Shown here in pieces: positions 1 through 8,735 of a stretch of DNA of 64,000 bases. Below the pieces are notes generated by a model, which was not told where the DNA came from, did no database searches, and saw only the letters and a program-made list of their open reading frames with translations. Each line of letters begins with the position of its first letter. The stretch's first letter is position 1. The stretch comes from Chloroflexota bacterium. GTDB lineage: Bacteria > Chloroflexota > Anaerolineae > Anaerolineales > JBFLVL01. The DNA is taken from NCBI GenBank assembly GCA_040758495.1, contig JBFLVL010000001.1, positions 20,384-84,383 on the forward strand, given 5' to 3'. Both the position numbers and the translations under genes were made by a program.

Positions 1-32
1 TTCAAACGGACTGACAGCTCACTGCGTTTTTC

Positions 33-83
33 AGTCGGATTTCATCCGACTTTGGTTCTCAGCCTGAGAATTCATTCTCAGGC
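33..83. terminator. two adjacent perfect stem-loops downstream of the 129..1115 gene (possible terminator of convergent transcription)
   Basis: AGTCGGAT-TTC-ATCCGACT (33-51) and GCCTGAGA-ATTCAT-TCTCAGGC (62-83). There is only a weak T-rich tail on the plus strand and no U-tract on the minus strand. Confidence 0.3.
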
Positions 84-128
84 GTATGCAGGCTGAGCAG
101 TTACACGGTATGATCTTACCTGTCTTAC

Positions 129-1115
129 TCACCATCGAATCATCTGACCCGACTGGGAAGACGTTTTGACTGCCTGGATGATTCCCTGGACGCGAATCCC
201 ATCATCCAGAGTACAGAGAGAGGTAGCTTTCCCACACACTACATCTATAAAATGTCGCATTTCGGTGAGGAACATATCGTTTCGCTCGTATCCCTCCGGT
301 AAGGGATACACTTCCCACTCTTTCGTTGTGGTGGTGTAGGCCTTTGCTGCTCCATCGGAGTAGTCCCACTGGATTGTCCCTTGAGTTCCCACGATTTCGA
401 CCGTATGAGCAGGGGGGCGTTGATTATAGTCAAGGTGAACGCTGCCGATTATACCGTTTGCAAAGCGCAGGCCGATCTCCGCGGTGTCTTCGACGGGGAT
501 TTTCAGGTCGCTGATAGAGCCAGAAAAAGCCCATAGAGCCTCTACGTCACCAAACAGCCAGCACAGATAGTCTAAGGGGTGACACAGGGTGAGGATTACC
601 CCACCTCCTAGGTCTGTGCGCGCACTGTACCCCTGACGGTAATCTTCCCAGGGGTGCCAATCTGGTAAATATTCACCCCAATGAGCGCGCACGGAGAGCG
701 GACGCCCGATAACCCCCTCGCTGAGCAGAGAAGCCACCTTGCGGAAGCCGGGGTGGAAGCGGAACTGGAAGCCAACCAAAACGTGACCCCCGCCTCGTTG
801 GACAGCGTTTTCCAATGTGTCCATCCTTTCCATCGAATAAGAAACTGGTTTTTCTATCAGAATGTGGCAACCAGCCTCCGCAGCAGGTATGGCTACATCG
901 AGATGGTAAGCTGTGGGATTAGAGACAATCACGGCGTCTGGTTTATGTGCCAATGCTTCCTTCAAGTCAGTTTCCGCCAGGAAACCAGCAAGCTCATCAT
1001 CCTGTAATGTGCTCTGGTAAGTACGATAAAGCAGGATATCCCTTTCTCCTAAGGTAAGCAGATTGCGAAAATGGCGGCGCCCGATGGAACCGAAGCCAGC
1101 AATAAGGAATTTCAT
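129..1115 (-). CDS. Gfo/Idh/MocA family NAD(P)-dependent oxidoreductase (sugar-nucleotide oxidoreductase type)
   Basis: N-terminal Rossmann motif MKFLIAGFGSIGRRH and an EKP motif (ILIEKPV). It is a paralog of the 15872..16909 product and shares the block YLPDWHPWEDYR. ATG start. Confidence 0.85.
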   Translation of the reverse strand: MKFLIAGFGSIGRRHFRNLLTLGERDILLYRTYQSTLQDDELAGFLAETDLKEALAHKPDAVIVSNPTAYHLDVAIPAAEAGCHILIEKPVSYSMERMDTLENAVQRGGGHVLVGFQFRFHPGFRKVASLLSEGVIGRPLSVRAHWGEYLPDWHPWEDYRQGYSARTDLGGGVILTLCHPLDYLCWLFGDVEALWAFSGSISDLKIPVEDTAEIGLRFANGIIGSVHLDYNQRPPAHTVEIVGTQGTIQWDYSDGAAKAYTTTTKEWEVYPLPEGYERNDMFLTEMRHFIDVVCGKATSLCTLDDGIRVQGIIQAVKTSSQSGQMIRW

Positions 1116-1116
1116 A

Positions 1117-2226
1117 TTACCAGTTCATGTCCTTTTCGTACCCCCATGCAATCAGTGTATCACCGGCTATTTGTTTGAATACCTCCCGATCGCGCTGGGT
1201 GAACAGTTCCTGCCAGAATCCCGGCTCTCCCTTACGCAAACCGGCAACCAGTTCTTTTTCTTTATACCGCTGCCAGTCCTCATCAGGGTTATTCTGCATC
1301 TCAGTCGTAATGACAGCTTCTAGTTTGGGAAGTGAGATATCTACCCCCAAAAATTGCCAGACCTTGCACATAGTCTCGAATGGCCGGGCAAGCAGGTCTT
1401 CAAAGCGCAGCGCAAAGTATCGGTCAGCAAACAATTCTTGACCCGCTGTGTCGGTCTCAACCACATTACGCACCCAACCTTCAGCAGATTGTCTGATCCA
1501 CTGGGGAGTAAATATGGAGCGTTTTCCCTGAAAGAAAGGTTCCGCATCACGAGTAAAAGCCTGACGAATGCGTTGGTCTTCTTTAGAAAGGTGGTGGAGG
1601 GCATCAATGAAATTTTGAAAGCGATGGGAAACCGCAGCATCACGTCCGTCGCGGACGATAAAGATAAGTCGTCCATCAGGATACACCTCATAGAGGTTTC
1701 GAACCGCCTGACCATTGAGGAGGCTGTTGGGGCTTTTATCCCCCACCACACTTTTACCTACCCTACGAGCCTCCCTTTCCAAAATAAAGTCACTTACCGC
1801 CCGTAAAACCACTGGTGATAAATCACGTCCGCGGTTCCAGCGGTTACTGGGACGACATAACCAGGCTTCTACCTGGGAGTCAGAGACCAGAGATTTCAGT
1901 AAGGGCGGACGGGTGAAAAAGTGTCCTTGGTAATTACAATGCACCTCTGGGTGGAGGCGAATCAACCGTGTGAGCAAAGTGGTTCCAGAGCGTGCGTGAC
2001 CGAAGATGAAAAACTTTTTCAGAGGGAAGAAGGTTTTTGCCTCGGCCACCTCTTCGGGCGAGATGGGCGGCAAAGGATCTCTCGTACTAGATGGCCGCAT
2101 CATTAGCAATCCTCGAATGAGCGCCTTGAGCGCAAGAGCTAAGCGTTGCCTCAGCTGATCGGACATGCCTAAAGGGATATTACCGCTTGATAGAGACAAA
2201 CAGTGTTCTCGTCTTAGCAAAGCCAT
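1117..2226 (-). CDS. PAPS-dependent sulfotransferase family protein
   Basis: 5'-PSB-like loop FIFGHARSGTTLLTRLI and 3'-PB-like IFIVRDGRDAAVS. The start is uncertain: 2226 overlaps the upstream gene by 47 nt, and an in-frame ATG at 2166 is an alternative. Confidence 0.8.
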   Translation of the reverse strand: MALLRREHCLSLSSGNIPLGMSDQLRQRLALALKALIRGLLMMRPSSTRDPLPPISPEEVAEAKTFFPLKKFFIFGHARSGTTLLTRLIRLHPEVHCNYQGHFFTRPPLLKSLVSDSQVEAWLCRPSNRWNRGRDLSPVVLRAVSDFILEREARRVGKSVVGDKSPNSLLNGQAVRNLYEVYPDGRLIFIVRDGRDAAVSHRFQNFIDALHHLSKEDQRIRQAFTRDAEPFFQGKRSIFTPQWIRQSAEGWVRNVVETDTAGQELFADRYFALRFEDLLARPFETMCKVWQFLGVDISLPKLEAVITTEMQNNPDEDWQRYKEKELVAGLRKGEPGFWQELFTQRDREVFKQIAGDTLIAWGYEKDMNW

Positions 2227-3091
2227 AAATCACGAATCTACGAAAACCAAATCGATACAGCAGACTGTCCAAGATCACAGATGCTTCGAAAGTGGGTAGC
2301 CGCAGCCAAATTCTATTAAGCCCAGGAGGATGCCACTGAGAGAATGCGGCCACATTAAAAAAACCACTCCGCTCATACGCTCTAATCCACTGGCCAACGG
2401 TATATTCATGTTCACCGAAATCTCTACGTGTGAAGCTCATACCTGCTGAAATACCATACTTGCATTTCAGATTATCGTTAAGTTCTCTGTCCAACATTGC
2501 GTCCAATTGTTCTTGTGTGTAAGAGTCCGGCCATGCTCGATCAATGGAAATGACCACCCCCCCCCAACATATAGCTCGATAACATTCTCTCAGCGTATAG
2601 TCGAGGTCTTCAGAATGATGAAAAGAGTCAATGTCGAGAATCACTCCAACAGAGTTATCCTCCAACTGAAGATTGTTGAAATCGCCAACAACGCGTTGGA
2701 TCTTTGAGAAATCCGCGCCAAATTTATCAAACACTATAGGCATTACATGGTGAACGAAACCCGCAGAAAACTCAACTGCAAACACTTTCTCAATGGTGTC
2801 GTACTTTGAGAGTATGCATGCACCTACTCCAGTGCCAGACCCCATATCAACTGCCCAGCCACCAACTGGATAACCTATCTTTTTGAGAAATATAAAAGCG
2901 CCACGAATGAGTTGCTCGAACTGAGGGTAATCTCTAGCAGCTTGTCCATGCGCTTGCTTCACATCTAATCCCTGCGCTATCTCTTGGATCTCTAAGTTGG
3001 CGCGACTATCCATACCACGCTGGGCTCGTTCATGCGCCAGCGGCGTTAAATCCCAGTAGAGAGGATCCGTAAGATATTTGCTAGTTTTCAC
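2180..3091 (-). CDS. class I SAM-dependent methyltransferase
   Basis: Motif I VDMGSGTGVGA followed by an acidic post-I residue (AVEFS). Sits inside the glycan cluster. Confidence 0.75.
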   Translation of the reverse strand: MKTSKYLTDPLYWDLTPLAHERAQRGMDSRANLEIQEIAQGLDVKQAHGQAARDYPQFEQLIRGAFIFLKKIGYPVGGWAVDMGSGTGVGACILSKYDTIEKVFAVEFSAGFVHHVMPIVFDKFGADFSKIQRVVGDFNNLQLEDNSVGVILDIDSFHHSEDLDYTLRECYRAICWGGVVISIDRAWPDSYTQEQLDAMLDRELNDNLKCKYGISAGMSFTRRDFGEHEYTVGQWIRAYERSGFFNVAAFSQWHPPGLNRIWLRLPTFEASVILDSLLYRFGFRRFVIYGFAKTRTLFVSIKR

Positions 3092-4559
3092 GCCTGTGCC
3101 TCCCCGTGTCGAGAATCGGTAGCCTCACATCATGGTTGAGTAATGATATCAAGAACTCCGCTGTGTGCCTCCCTGCGCTCCCATCGGTATATGTGCATTC
3201 ACGTTGGATAAATTGCCTGCGCAAGTCGTTATTTGCGCTGGGATTTTCCAGATAGAAATTAATTGCTTCTCGTAATTGTGTTTCGTTGTACGCCACTCGC
3301 CCGGCTCCTGATTCCCGAAAACGCAGGTGGGTAGGCCATTCTCCGATCTTTGAGAGTGGTAATGTGTATTTCCCAGGCCATCCTTCGGACGAATCGATGC
3401 ATACACTAATAACTGGCCGTTCGTGGATGGAAGCCTCTACGACCATTGTGGAGTACACAGTTGTAAAAATGTCAGAGTAGGCCATCATGGATGATTTTTC
3501 AGGCATATCTTCACCAGAGTAATAACCCAATTCACCACCCAGAGGAACCGGATCAACCACGTGCACATGGGGCACTTCCTGAGCAAGTTGATAGACCTTG
3601 TTGCGCTCAGATATGAAGCGGGGAACATCCATGAAGTGGTTGGGGTGAAGACGAATCAACAATTGGGAGGGAAAAGACAAGGTATCTGAATTTACCAGAC
3701 GAGCAAGAGCTTCTATGTTTTGAAAATTGGGTGAAAAACTCACAAAACTTGCCGCGTATGAGATTAACTTTCTGTGAGGATCAAGGTTATGAAGTTTGAA
3801 ATATTCTTCTTGAGGTATGAGCCAGGATTTCTTGAAATAACCATCGTACGCAGGAATACCACTAATATGGATACGTTCTGGGTGCCAGTCCGAACCGCAC
3901 ATCAGCTCGGCTTTTTGAATTTCAGACCAGCATGTAATCCAGTCAACCTTGGCACCGGGCAAGCTGTAGCTGCTGGTATTGTCCCACCCGACAATTACTG
4001 ATGTGGTTGGAATGCCATTAGCAGAAGCTTCGCGAAGCAGGTAACGATCCCATCGCCAGCCAGGAGTACTAGCTACTACAAGGGAGGGGGAGTACTTCTC
4101 AAATAAATCAGTATATAAAGAAGGAGTAAAACGACATTGAGAATTAACCATGGCTCGACGAGCGATTTTTGAATGGCGCATCACCTCGACAATAAGGTTC
4201 ACCAAGGGAAACATTTTTTGCCTCCGTGGATGAGCCTCGGTTTTAACTTGTCGAATGTAGCCGTTAACAGCTTCCAGGTTTATACGGTTTGAGGCCCCGG
4301 CTCGACGTAGAAAGTCCAGCCACCACTGAAACGAGGACCATTTATTTTGGAAATAGTTTTGTGCTTGTTTGAAACGCAGCCCCTCAATGATCAGGCCTGG
4401 CTGACTGAACCGCTGTTCAATTTTCAGGCGTAGAGCATCATCCGTCAACAGAACGACCTTTAAACCATTATCTAACAGGATAGGAAGGACATCACTTTGC
4501 AAGAAATAAACTATAGACAGACCATGGTCTGCGCAGATAAAGATATGTTTAGAGGACAC
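3081..4559 (-). CDS. uncharacterised GT-B-fold glycosyl/ulosonate transferase-like protein (KpsS/KpsC Capsule_synth- or TagF-like)
   Basis: 492 aa with a GTG start. The N-terminal Rossmann-like strand is HIFICADHGLS. The C-terminal half has LIRLHPNH and TTVYSTMVVEASIHERPVI, which resemble the HP and nucleotide-sugar binding motifs of Capsule_synth/TagF GT-B enzymes. The family assignment is tentative. Confidence 0.55.
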   Translation of the reverse strand: MSSKHIFICADHGLSIVYFLQSDVLPILLDNGLKVVLLTDDALRLKIEQRFSQPGLIIEGLRFKQAQNYFQNKWSSFQWWLDFLRRAGASNRINLEAVNGYIRQVKTEAHPRRQKMFPLVNLIVEVMRHSKIARRAMVNSQCRFTPSLYTDLFEKYSPSLVVASTPGWRWDRYLLREASANGIPTTSVIVGWDNTSSYSLPGAKVDWITCWSEIQKAELMCGSDWHPERIHISGIPAYDGYFKKSWLIPQEEYFKLHNLDPHRKLISYAASFVSFSPNFQNIEALARLVNSDTLSFPSQLLIRLHPNHFMDVPRFISERNKVYQLAQEVPHVHVVDPVPLGGELGYYSGEDMPEKSSMMAYSDIFTTVYSTMVVEASIHERPVISVCIDSSEGWPGKYTLPLSKIGEWPTHLRFRESGAGRVAYNETQLREAINFYLENPSANNDLRRQFIQRECTYTDGSAGRHTAEFLISLLNHDVRLPILDTGRHRREN

Positions 4560-4571
4560 AGAGAGTTAAGA

Positions 4572-5420
4572 TTAGGGTTTTCGATAAACGATTTGGTAAC
4601 CAATGGGAGCGGGACTTAGAGACTTTGAAGGGTGAATTACATACCCCTTGCCAATAATCCTTTCCATGAGTAACGATAGGATTTGCAGCCCGGAGAGCAA
4701 AACCCGGGAGAGGAGTCTCCGCCCCTTACTAAGAGTAGGCAGTACCCACCATTTAATGTTATTCGTTCCCTCCCCAAGAAGAAAAATGGGGTCATAGTAA
4801 CCTTCTAAAATTTCAATAGCTAATCCAATCTCATCCCCCAACCTTTGTAAAGAGTAATGTGTGTAGCGGACAAAGTCATACGGAGCTTGATGTACTTTTA
4901 GCAAAAAGGGTACGGATACCAATAAGACACCACCAACCTTTAGAAGTTTAGCAAGCGTGTTTAACATAGTTTGGGTGTGGTAAATATGTTCCAAGACATT
5001 GGTTAATACTATGGCATCCAGGCTGGCCTCTCTGAAAGGGTTGATTACAGTGAGGTCGCAGACAATATCCACTTCGGGGTAGGGGTAAACATCAAGCGAA
5101 ATGTAATGGTGAAGTTTAAAAATAGAAGCAAAATCACCCCTGCCCGCGCCTACATCTAAGATGATTGCTTCCGGATCGAGGCGAGAGATATGCTTTTCAA
5201 GAAAATGCCAGTTTGCTTGGCGCCAGGGTGTGCCGACATCCGGGCCACGCACACGCTTTTCAAATGATTGTATATCTTGAGGGACGGAAGAAAAAATAGG
5301 TATGTCATTATGAAGAGGGATACTACTTTGACATTGTAAACAAACAAGTTTATTCGAAGTGGTGGACAGAGTCCCTCCACACTTGTGACATAAAAGGACT
5401 TTGGATAGTATTTCTTTCAT
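4572..5420 (-). CDS. SAM-dependent methyltransferase with N-terminal Trm112-like zinc ribbon
   Basis: CHKCGG...CLQC four-Cys ribbon followed by motif I ILDVGAGRGDF. Confidence 0.8.
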   Translation of the reverse strand: MKEILSKVLLCHKCGGTLSTTSNKLVCLQCQSSIPLHNDIPIFSSVPQDIQSFEKRVRGPDVGTPWRQANWHFLEKHISRLDPEAIILDVGAGRGDFASIFKLHHYISLDVYPYPEVDIVCDLTVINPFREASLDAIVLTNVLEHIYHTQTMLNTLAKLLKVGGVLLVSVPFLLKVHQAPYDFVRYTHYSLQRLGDEIGLAIEILEGYYDPIFLLGEGTNNIKWWVLPTLSKGRRLLSRVLLSGLQILSLLMERIIGKGYVIHPSKSLSPAPIGYQIVYRKP

Positions 5421-5435
5421 TGGGCCATCTCGTAT

Positions 5436-6425
5436 TTATTCTTGAGGTCGGTTGAAGTACAGGTGGAAGATCTGTCCATGAACAAATAAAAAGAATCTCT
5501 TTAGCACATAAATATCTAGAATTTTATAAAAGAGGGCGCGGGGAGAGATAGCAGGTTTGGTTCGTGAACCTTGTTTTCGTGTCTGTGGCATTGTTAGGTT
5601 TTCTGGCAATAGGTTTCCCATATGTTGAACATACATTTTAGGAAGACATAGACGCAAAAAACCATGAGCGTCTATTTCCTTGTCCAGATTGCGTTCATCA
5701 CCCATTACCTTTTGTTCTGGTAGAGGCAGTATGGACTTAAGGGCTTCTTTGGGGGATACAAATTGAAAATGTCCGGCCCCGAGGTAAGTTTCGACTCCTA
5801 GATATTCGAATTTGAAGTCTTCACTCTGGCGATATACCCGTTGCGCTCTGGTTACCGATAACCCCAGACTTTTGGCATGTGTCCAAAAGATATCCCAATC
5901 CTGAAGCGCGCCCTGGGATGTGGTCACTTGGGGATCCTTGTGACCCCACTCTAGGGTGCTTGTAGAGAATTCCAAGGGACTGCGTAAGGGTATTCCTGTT
6001 ACCATACCTACGTTGGGATAGGTTTCAAGTACCCGCAAATGCTCTTCGAGCCAACCCGGATGAAAGTAAATGTCGTTATCCGCATAAGCGATGTATTTAC
6101 CCGGCGCAGCCTGGAATGTAAAATTCCATGCACCGGGGATACCCATATTTTTATCTGAGAGGATCAAATACTGGATTTTATTTTTCTCTGCCTGTTCTCG
6201 TAAATAAGATCGAACTTCTGGGCAACTGGCGTTATCAAAAACCATAAGGTCAAATGGTAAATTCGTGTTATTCCAGATGCTTTCCAGGCATAAACGTAAT
6301 ACTTCAAGGCTCTGTTCATAATAGCCACTAAGGTAAGGAATGAAATTAACGACCACGATGGTGACTTCTTTGGGTTGTGGCGCCTGAAGCTGGATTGTTT
6401 TTACAGGATTCTGTCCTATACGCAT
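5436..6425 (-). CDS. family 2 glycosyltransferase (GT-A fold)
   Basis: VTIVVVNFIPY start strand, FDNASCPEV and ADNDIYF (DxD-like). Typical GT2 layout. Confidence 0.8.
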   Translation of the reverse strand: MRIGQNPVKTIQLQAPQPKEVTIVVVNFIPYLSGYYEQSLEVLRLCLESIWNNTNLPFDLMVFDNASCPEVRSYLREQAEKNKIQYLILSDKNMGIPGAWNFTFQAAPGKYIAYADNDIYFHPGWLEEHLRVLETYPNVGMVTGIPLRSPLEFSTSTLEWGHKDPQVTTSQGALQDWDIFWTHAKSLGLSVTRAQRVYRQSEDFKFEYLGVETYLGAGHFQFVSPKEALKSILPLPEQKVMGDERNLDKEIDAHGFLRLCLPKMYVQHMGNLLPENLTMPQTRKQGSRTKPAISPRALFYKILDIYVLKRFFLFVHGQIFHLYFNRPQE

Positions 6426-6426
6426 G

Positions 6427-7329
6427 CTATGTTTTCGATCTATTTATTGACCGACGTATACGTCGCAAGCGTCGTACCATCTGCCAACGGATTTTGTGTT
6501 TTTTTCGGTCAAGAGGCATGAGCTTCAACTCAAGCCACCGTATCGTACGCAAGAAATTTATCGGACGAAACCGAATTCTGCCATTTACCAGTAAACGATT
6601 CGCATCCAGGATGGTATAAAGGCTGGCTTCCTCTCCTGCCAGGGCAATATTTAGTCTTGATTCCTCGATGTCGTAATGAGGTCTCCCCTCAGGCAAGTGG
6701 CTATAATCGTGGTTTTGGTGGATTACAGCTATCGAGGCAGACGCATCTATGACCAACCAGCTTTGCTGGTGAGCATGGTAGATCATCCAATTATCCCAAC
6801 CAGCTCGACCGATGGCGAAATCGGGAATTTTAGAATATTGGTGGCGAGGAAAAATAAAAAAATCAATACCGGTTGTATTTTTACACCCCTGCATTTTTGC
6901 TTTAGCAAGCAAGTCGAATTCCCAATTGGGTAAAAACTCCAGTTCCTGGTTGAGTTCCAAATCCCAACGCTGACCGACGACTAAAAAATTCTTTACCTGG
7001 GCATCTACCTGATGAACTGACTGAATGAAATCACTCCGAAGAATGATATCTGCGTTGACATAAGCTAATAGAGGGCTTGTGCTAACCTGGCGCGCCAGAG
7101 AGAAGATAGAACTCACCAGTGGCGTGCCCCTCGAATTGCGAGCCACATCGGGCAAATGCCTGACCCCCAACTCCCGGGCGACCTCGGTGATACCCTCTTC
7201 TTCACCTACCAATAGGACTTCTACCTCCTTTCCCAAATGCAGCCAAGATTTGAGCGCGTTACGCTGAATAGTGGCTATGTGGGGGTTGGTAAATGGTTTC
7301 GGGGCTGAGAAGATGGTCAGATAGGGCAT
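6427..7329 (-). CDS. hypothetical protein, possible GT-A-like glycosyltransferase of an uncharacterised family
   Basis: Soluble 300 aa protein. N-terminus is MPYLTIFSAPKPF...IQRNALKSW, with YVNADIIL in a DxD-like position. It lies 1 nt from the GT2 gene. The function is not established. Confidence 0.45.
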   Translation of the reverse strand: MPYLTIFSAPKPFTNPHIATIQRNALKSWLHLGKEVEVLLVGEEEGITEVARELGVRHLPDVARNSRGTPLVSSIFSLARQVSTSPLLAYVNADIILRSDFIQSVHQVDAQVKNFLVVGQRWDLELNQELEFLPNWEFDLLAKAKMQGCKNTTGIDFFIFPRHQYSKIPDFAIGRAGWDNWMIYHAHQQSWLVIDASASIAVIHQNHDYSHLPEGRPHYDIEESRLNIALAGEEASLYTILDANRLLVNGRIRFRPINFLRTIRWLELKLMPLDRKKHKIRWQMVRRLRRIRRSINRSKT

Positions 7330-7385
7330 GTCGGATCACCGCTTATGGGGGTCACACTTGAGTTTCATCTTCTGCATATTGTCTG

Positions 7386-8708
7386 TCATTCATTGGGGAG
7401 CAGATTGTCTGTTTTAGGAATGGATTCTTTTATTACCAGGCCTTTCAAGTGAAACTTCTCAATGTATTCGCGCGTTTCCCAGTAATCCAACCCCAACCTT
7501 TCTGCAATGTCGAACACACTGTCCTGACCTTCGAAGCACATCATGATTTTGTCTATGGCGCGATTTAATTCCCAGTTCTCACGCCAGTCAACCCAAAGAC
7601 CGTGCCCGGAAAGGAACGCGGGGCCGCGGAAAGTCCGCTTGGGGATATAGTTGGTGGCATAGATACGAACAATTTCTTCGATTAAGTCAGCAGCCCCTCG
7701 AAGCATATCTTCGTGGATGATACTGGGGTTATCATCACTGGTATGGTACCCTTCGTAAGGCCAACGATTTATGGAAATACAGGACACATTGACCCCGGGA
7801 CCATTGATGACATATTCATCGTTTTGTGGGAAGGCGGCAAATTCGCGTTCTGTACATTCCGTATTACGCAGGGTGTATTGTGTAACTCTATCAAGCAGAT
7901 GATTGTGCTGACGGGTGTGATGCCAGGCGATTGGGCCTAGATTACCAGTCATTTCGATGAAAATCCCACCTTTAAGCTGAGGAATCAGTTCTTCATGGTG
8001 GGCTAAATAAGTAATCGTGCCAATCGTTTCGGGGACGAAGAGAAAGCGGATACCAAGAGAGTCCGGAGGAAGCGGGTTTTGTGCTAGACGACTGGCTACC
8101 TCGATGGCGGTTACCACCCCAGCGACGTCATCGTTAGCTTGCATAGGATGACAAATGTGGGCAGCAATGACCATCTCATCTCTTTTCTGATCGGTGTCGT
8201 CCTTGGGGTTTAGTACGCCAACACCGATTTTAAACCCACCCTTACCGAGGTCGCTTACAAACTCTGAGCGGATGACAGCTCGATAGTGGATGCCACGCGG
8301 TAATTTGTCAAACTGGCTTTTTGAGAGGCAAAATCCCCAATCGCGCTCATAATACTTGAACTCCCATGGAATTGCCTCTGGATATTTTTCGTTGTAGTGT
8401 AAATGAGGTTCCAGCTCATCCCAGGTAAGCATACAATCTATCGGCAAAGAGTAGGAGACAATGTGTAATGGATTGTTTTTGAAGTCCAGGAGGCGTTCAC
8501 CATCTTCGGTTTCTAAGTATGCATCTTTAACCATATATCGTTCAGGCACACGCCAAGTCCAGACTTGGGTGCCAGGCTCGTAAGTCTCAATGTGGAAGTT
8601 TGCCTTTTTAGGCATATGTTGACAGATGATGTCTAGGGCTTGATCCGTGCCATCGGATGCCAGGGTACGATGAAGTGGGTATATCTGGGAAAGTATATCT
8701 TTCAGCAT
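7386..8708 (-). CDS. M28 aminopeptidase-like / DUF4910-type protein with C-terminal winged-helix
   Basis: N-terminus MLKDILSQIYPLHRTLASDGTDQAL and a metallopeptidase-like core (HICHPMQANDDVAG). This matches my memory of the DUF2172-DUF4910-wHTH architecture. The ORF track starts at TTG 8717; I prefer the ATG at 8708. Confidence 0.65.
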   Translation of the reverse strand: MLKDILSQIYPLHRTLASDGTDQALDIICQHMPKKANFHIETYEPGTQVWTWRVPERYMVKDAYLETEDGERLLDFKNNPLHIVSYSLPIDCMLTWDELEPHLHYNEKYPEAIPWEFKYYERDWGFCLSKSQFDKLPRGIHYRAVIRSEFVSDLGKGGFKIGVGVLNPKDDTDQKRDEMVIAAHICHPMQANDDVAGVVTAIEVASRLAQNPLPPDSLGIRFLFVPETIGTITYLAHHEELIPQLKGGIFIEMTGNLGPIAWHHTRQHNHLLDRVTQYTLRNTECTEREFAAFPQNDEYVINGPGVNVSCISINRWPYEGYHTSDDNPSIIHEDMLRGAADLIEEIVRIYATNYIPKRTFRGPAFLSGHGLWVDWRENWELNRAIDKIMMCFEGQDSVFDIAERLGLDYWETREYIEKFHLKGLVIKESIPKTDNLLPNE

Positions 8709-8735
8709 GATGACCAAGAGGGTCGCGAAATGAGC

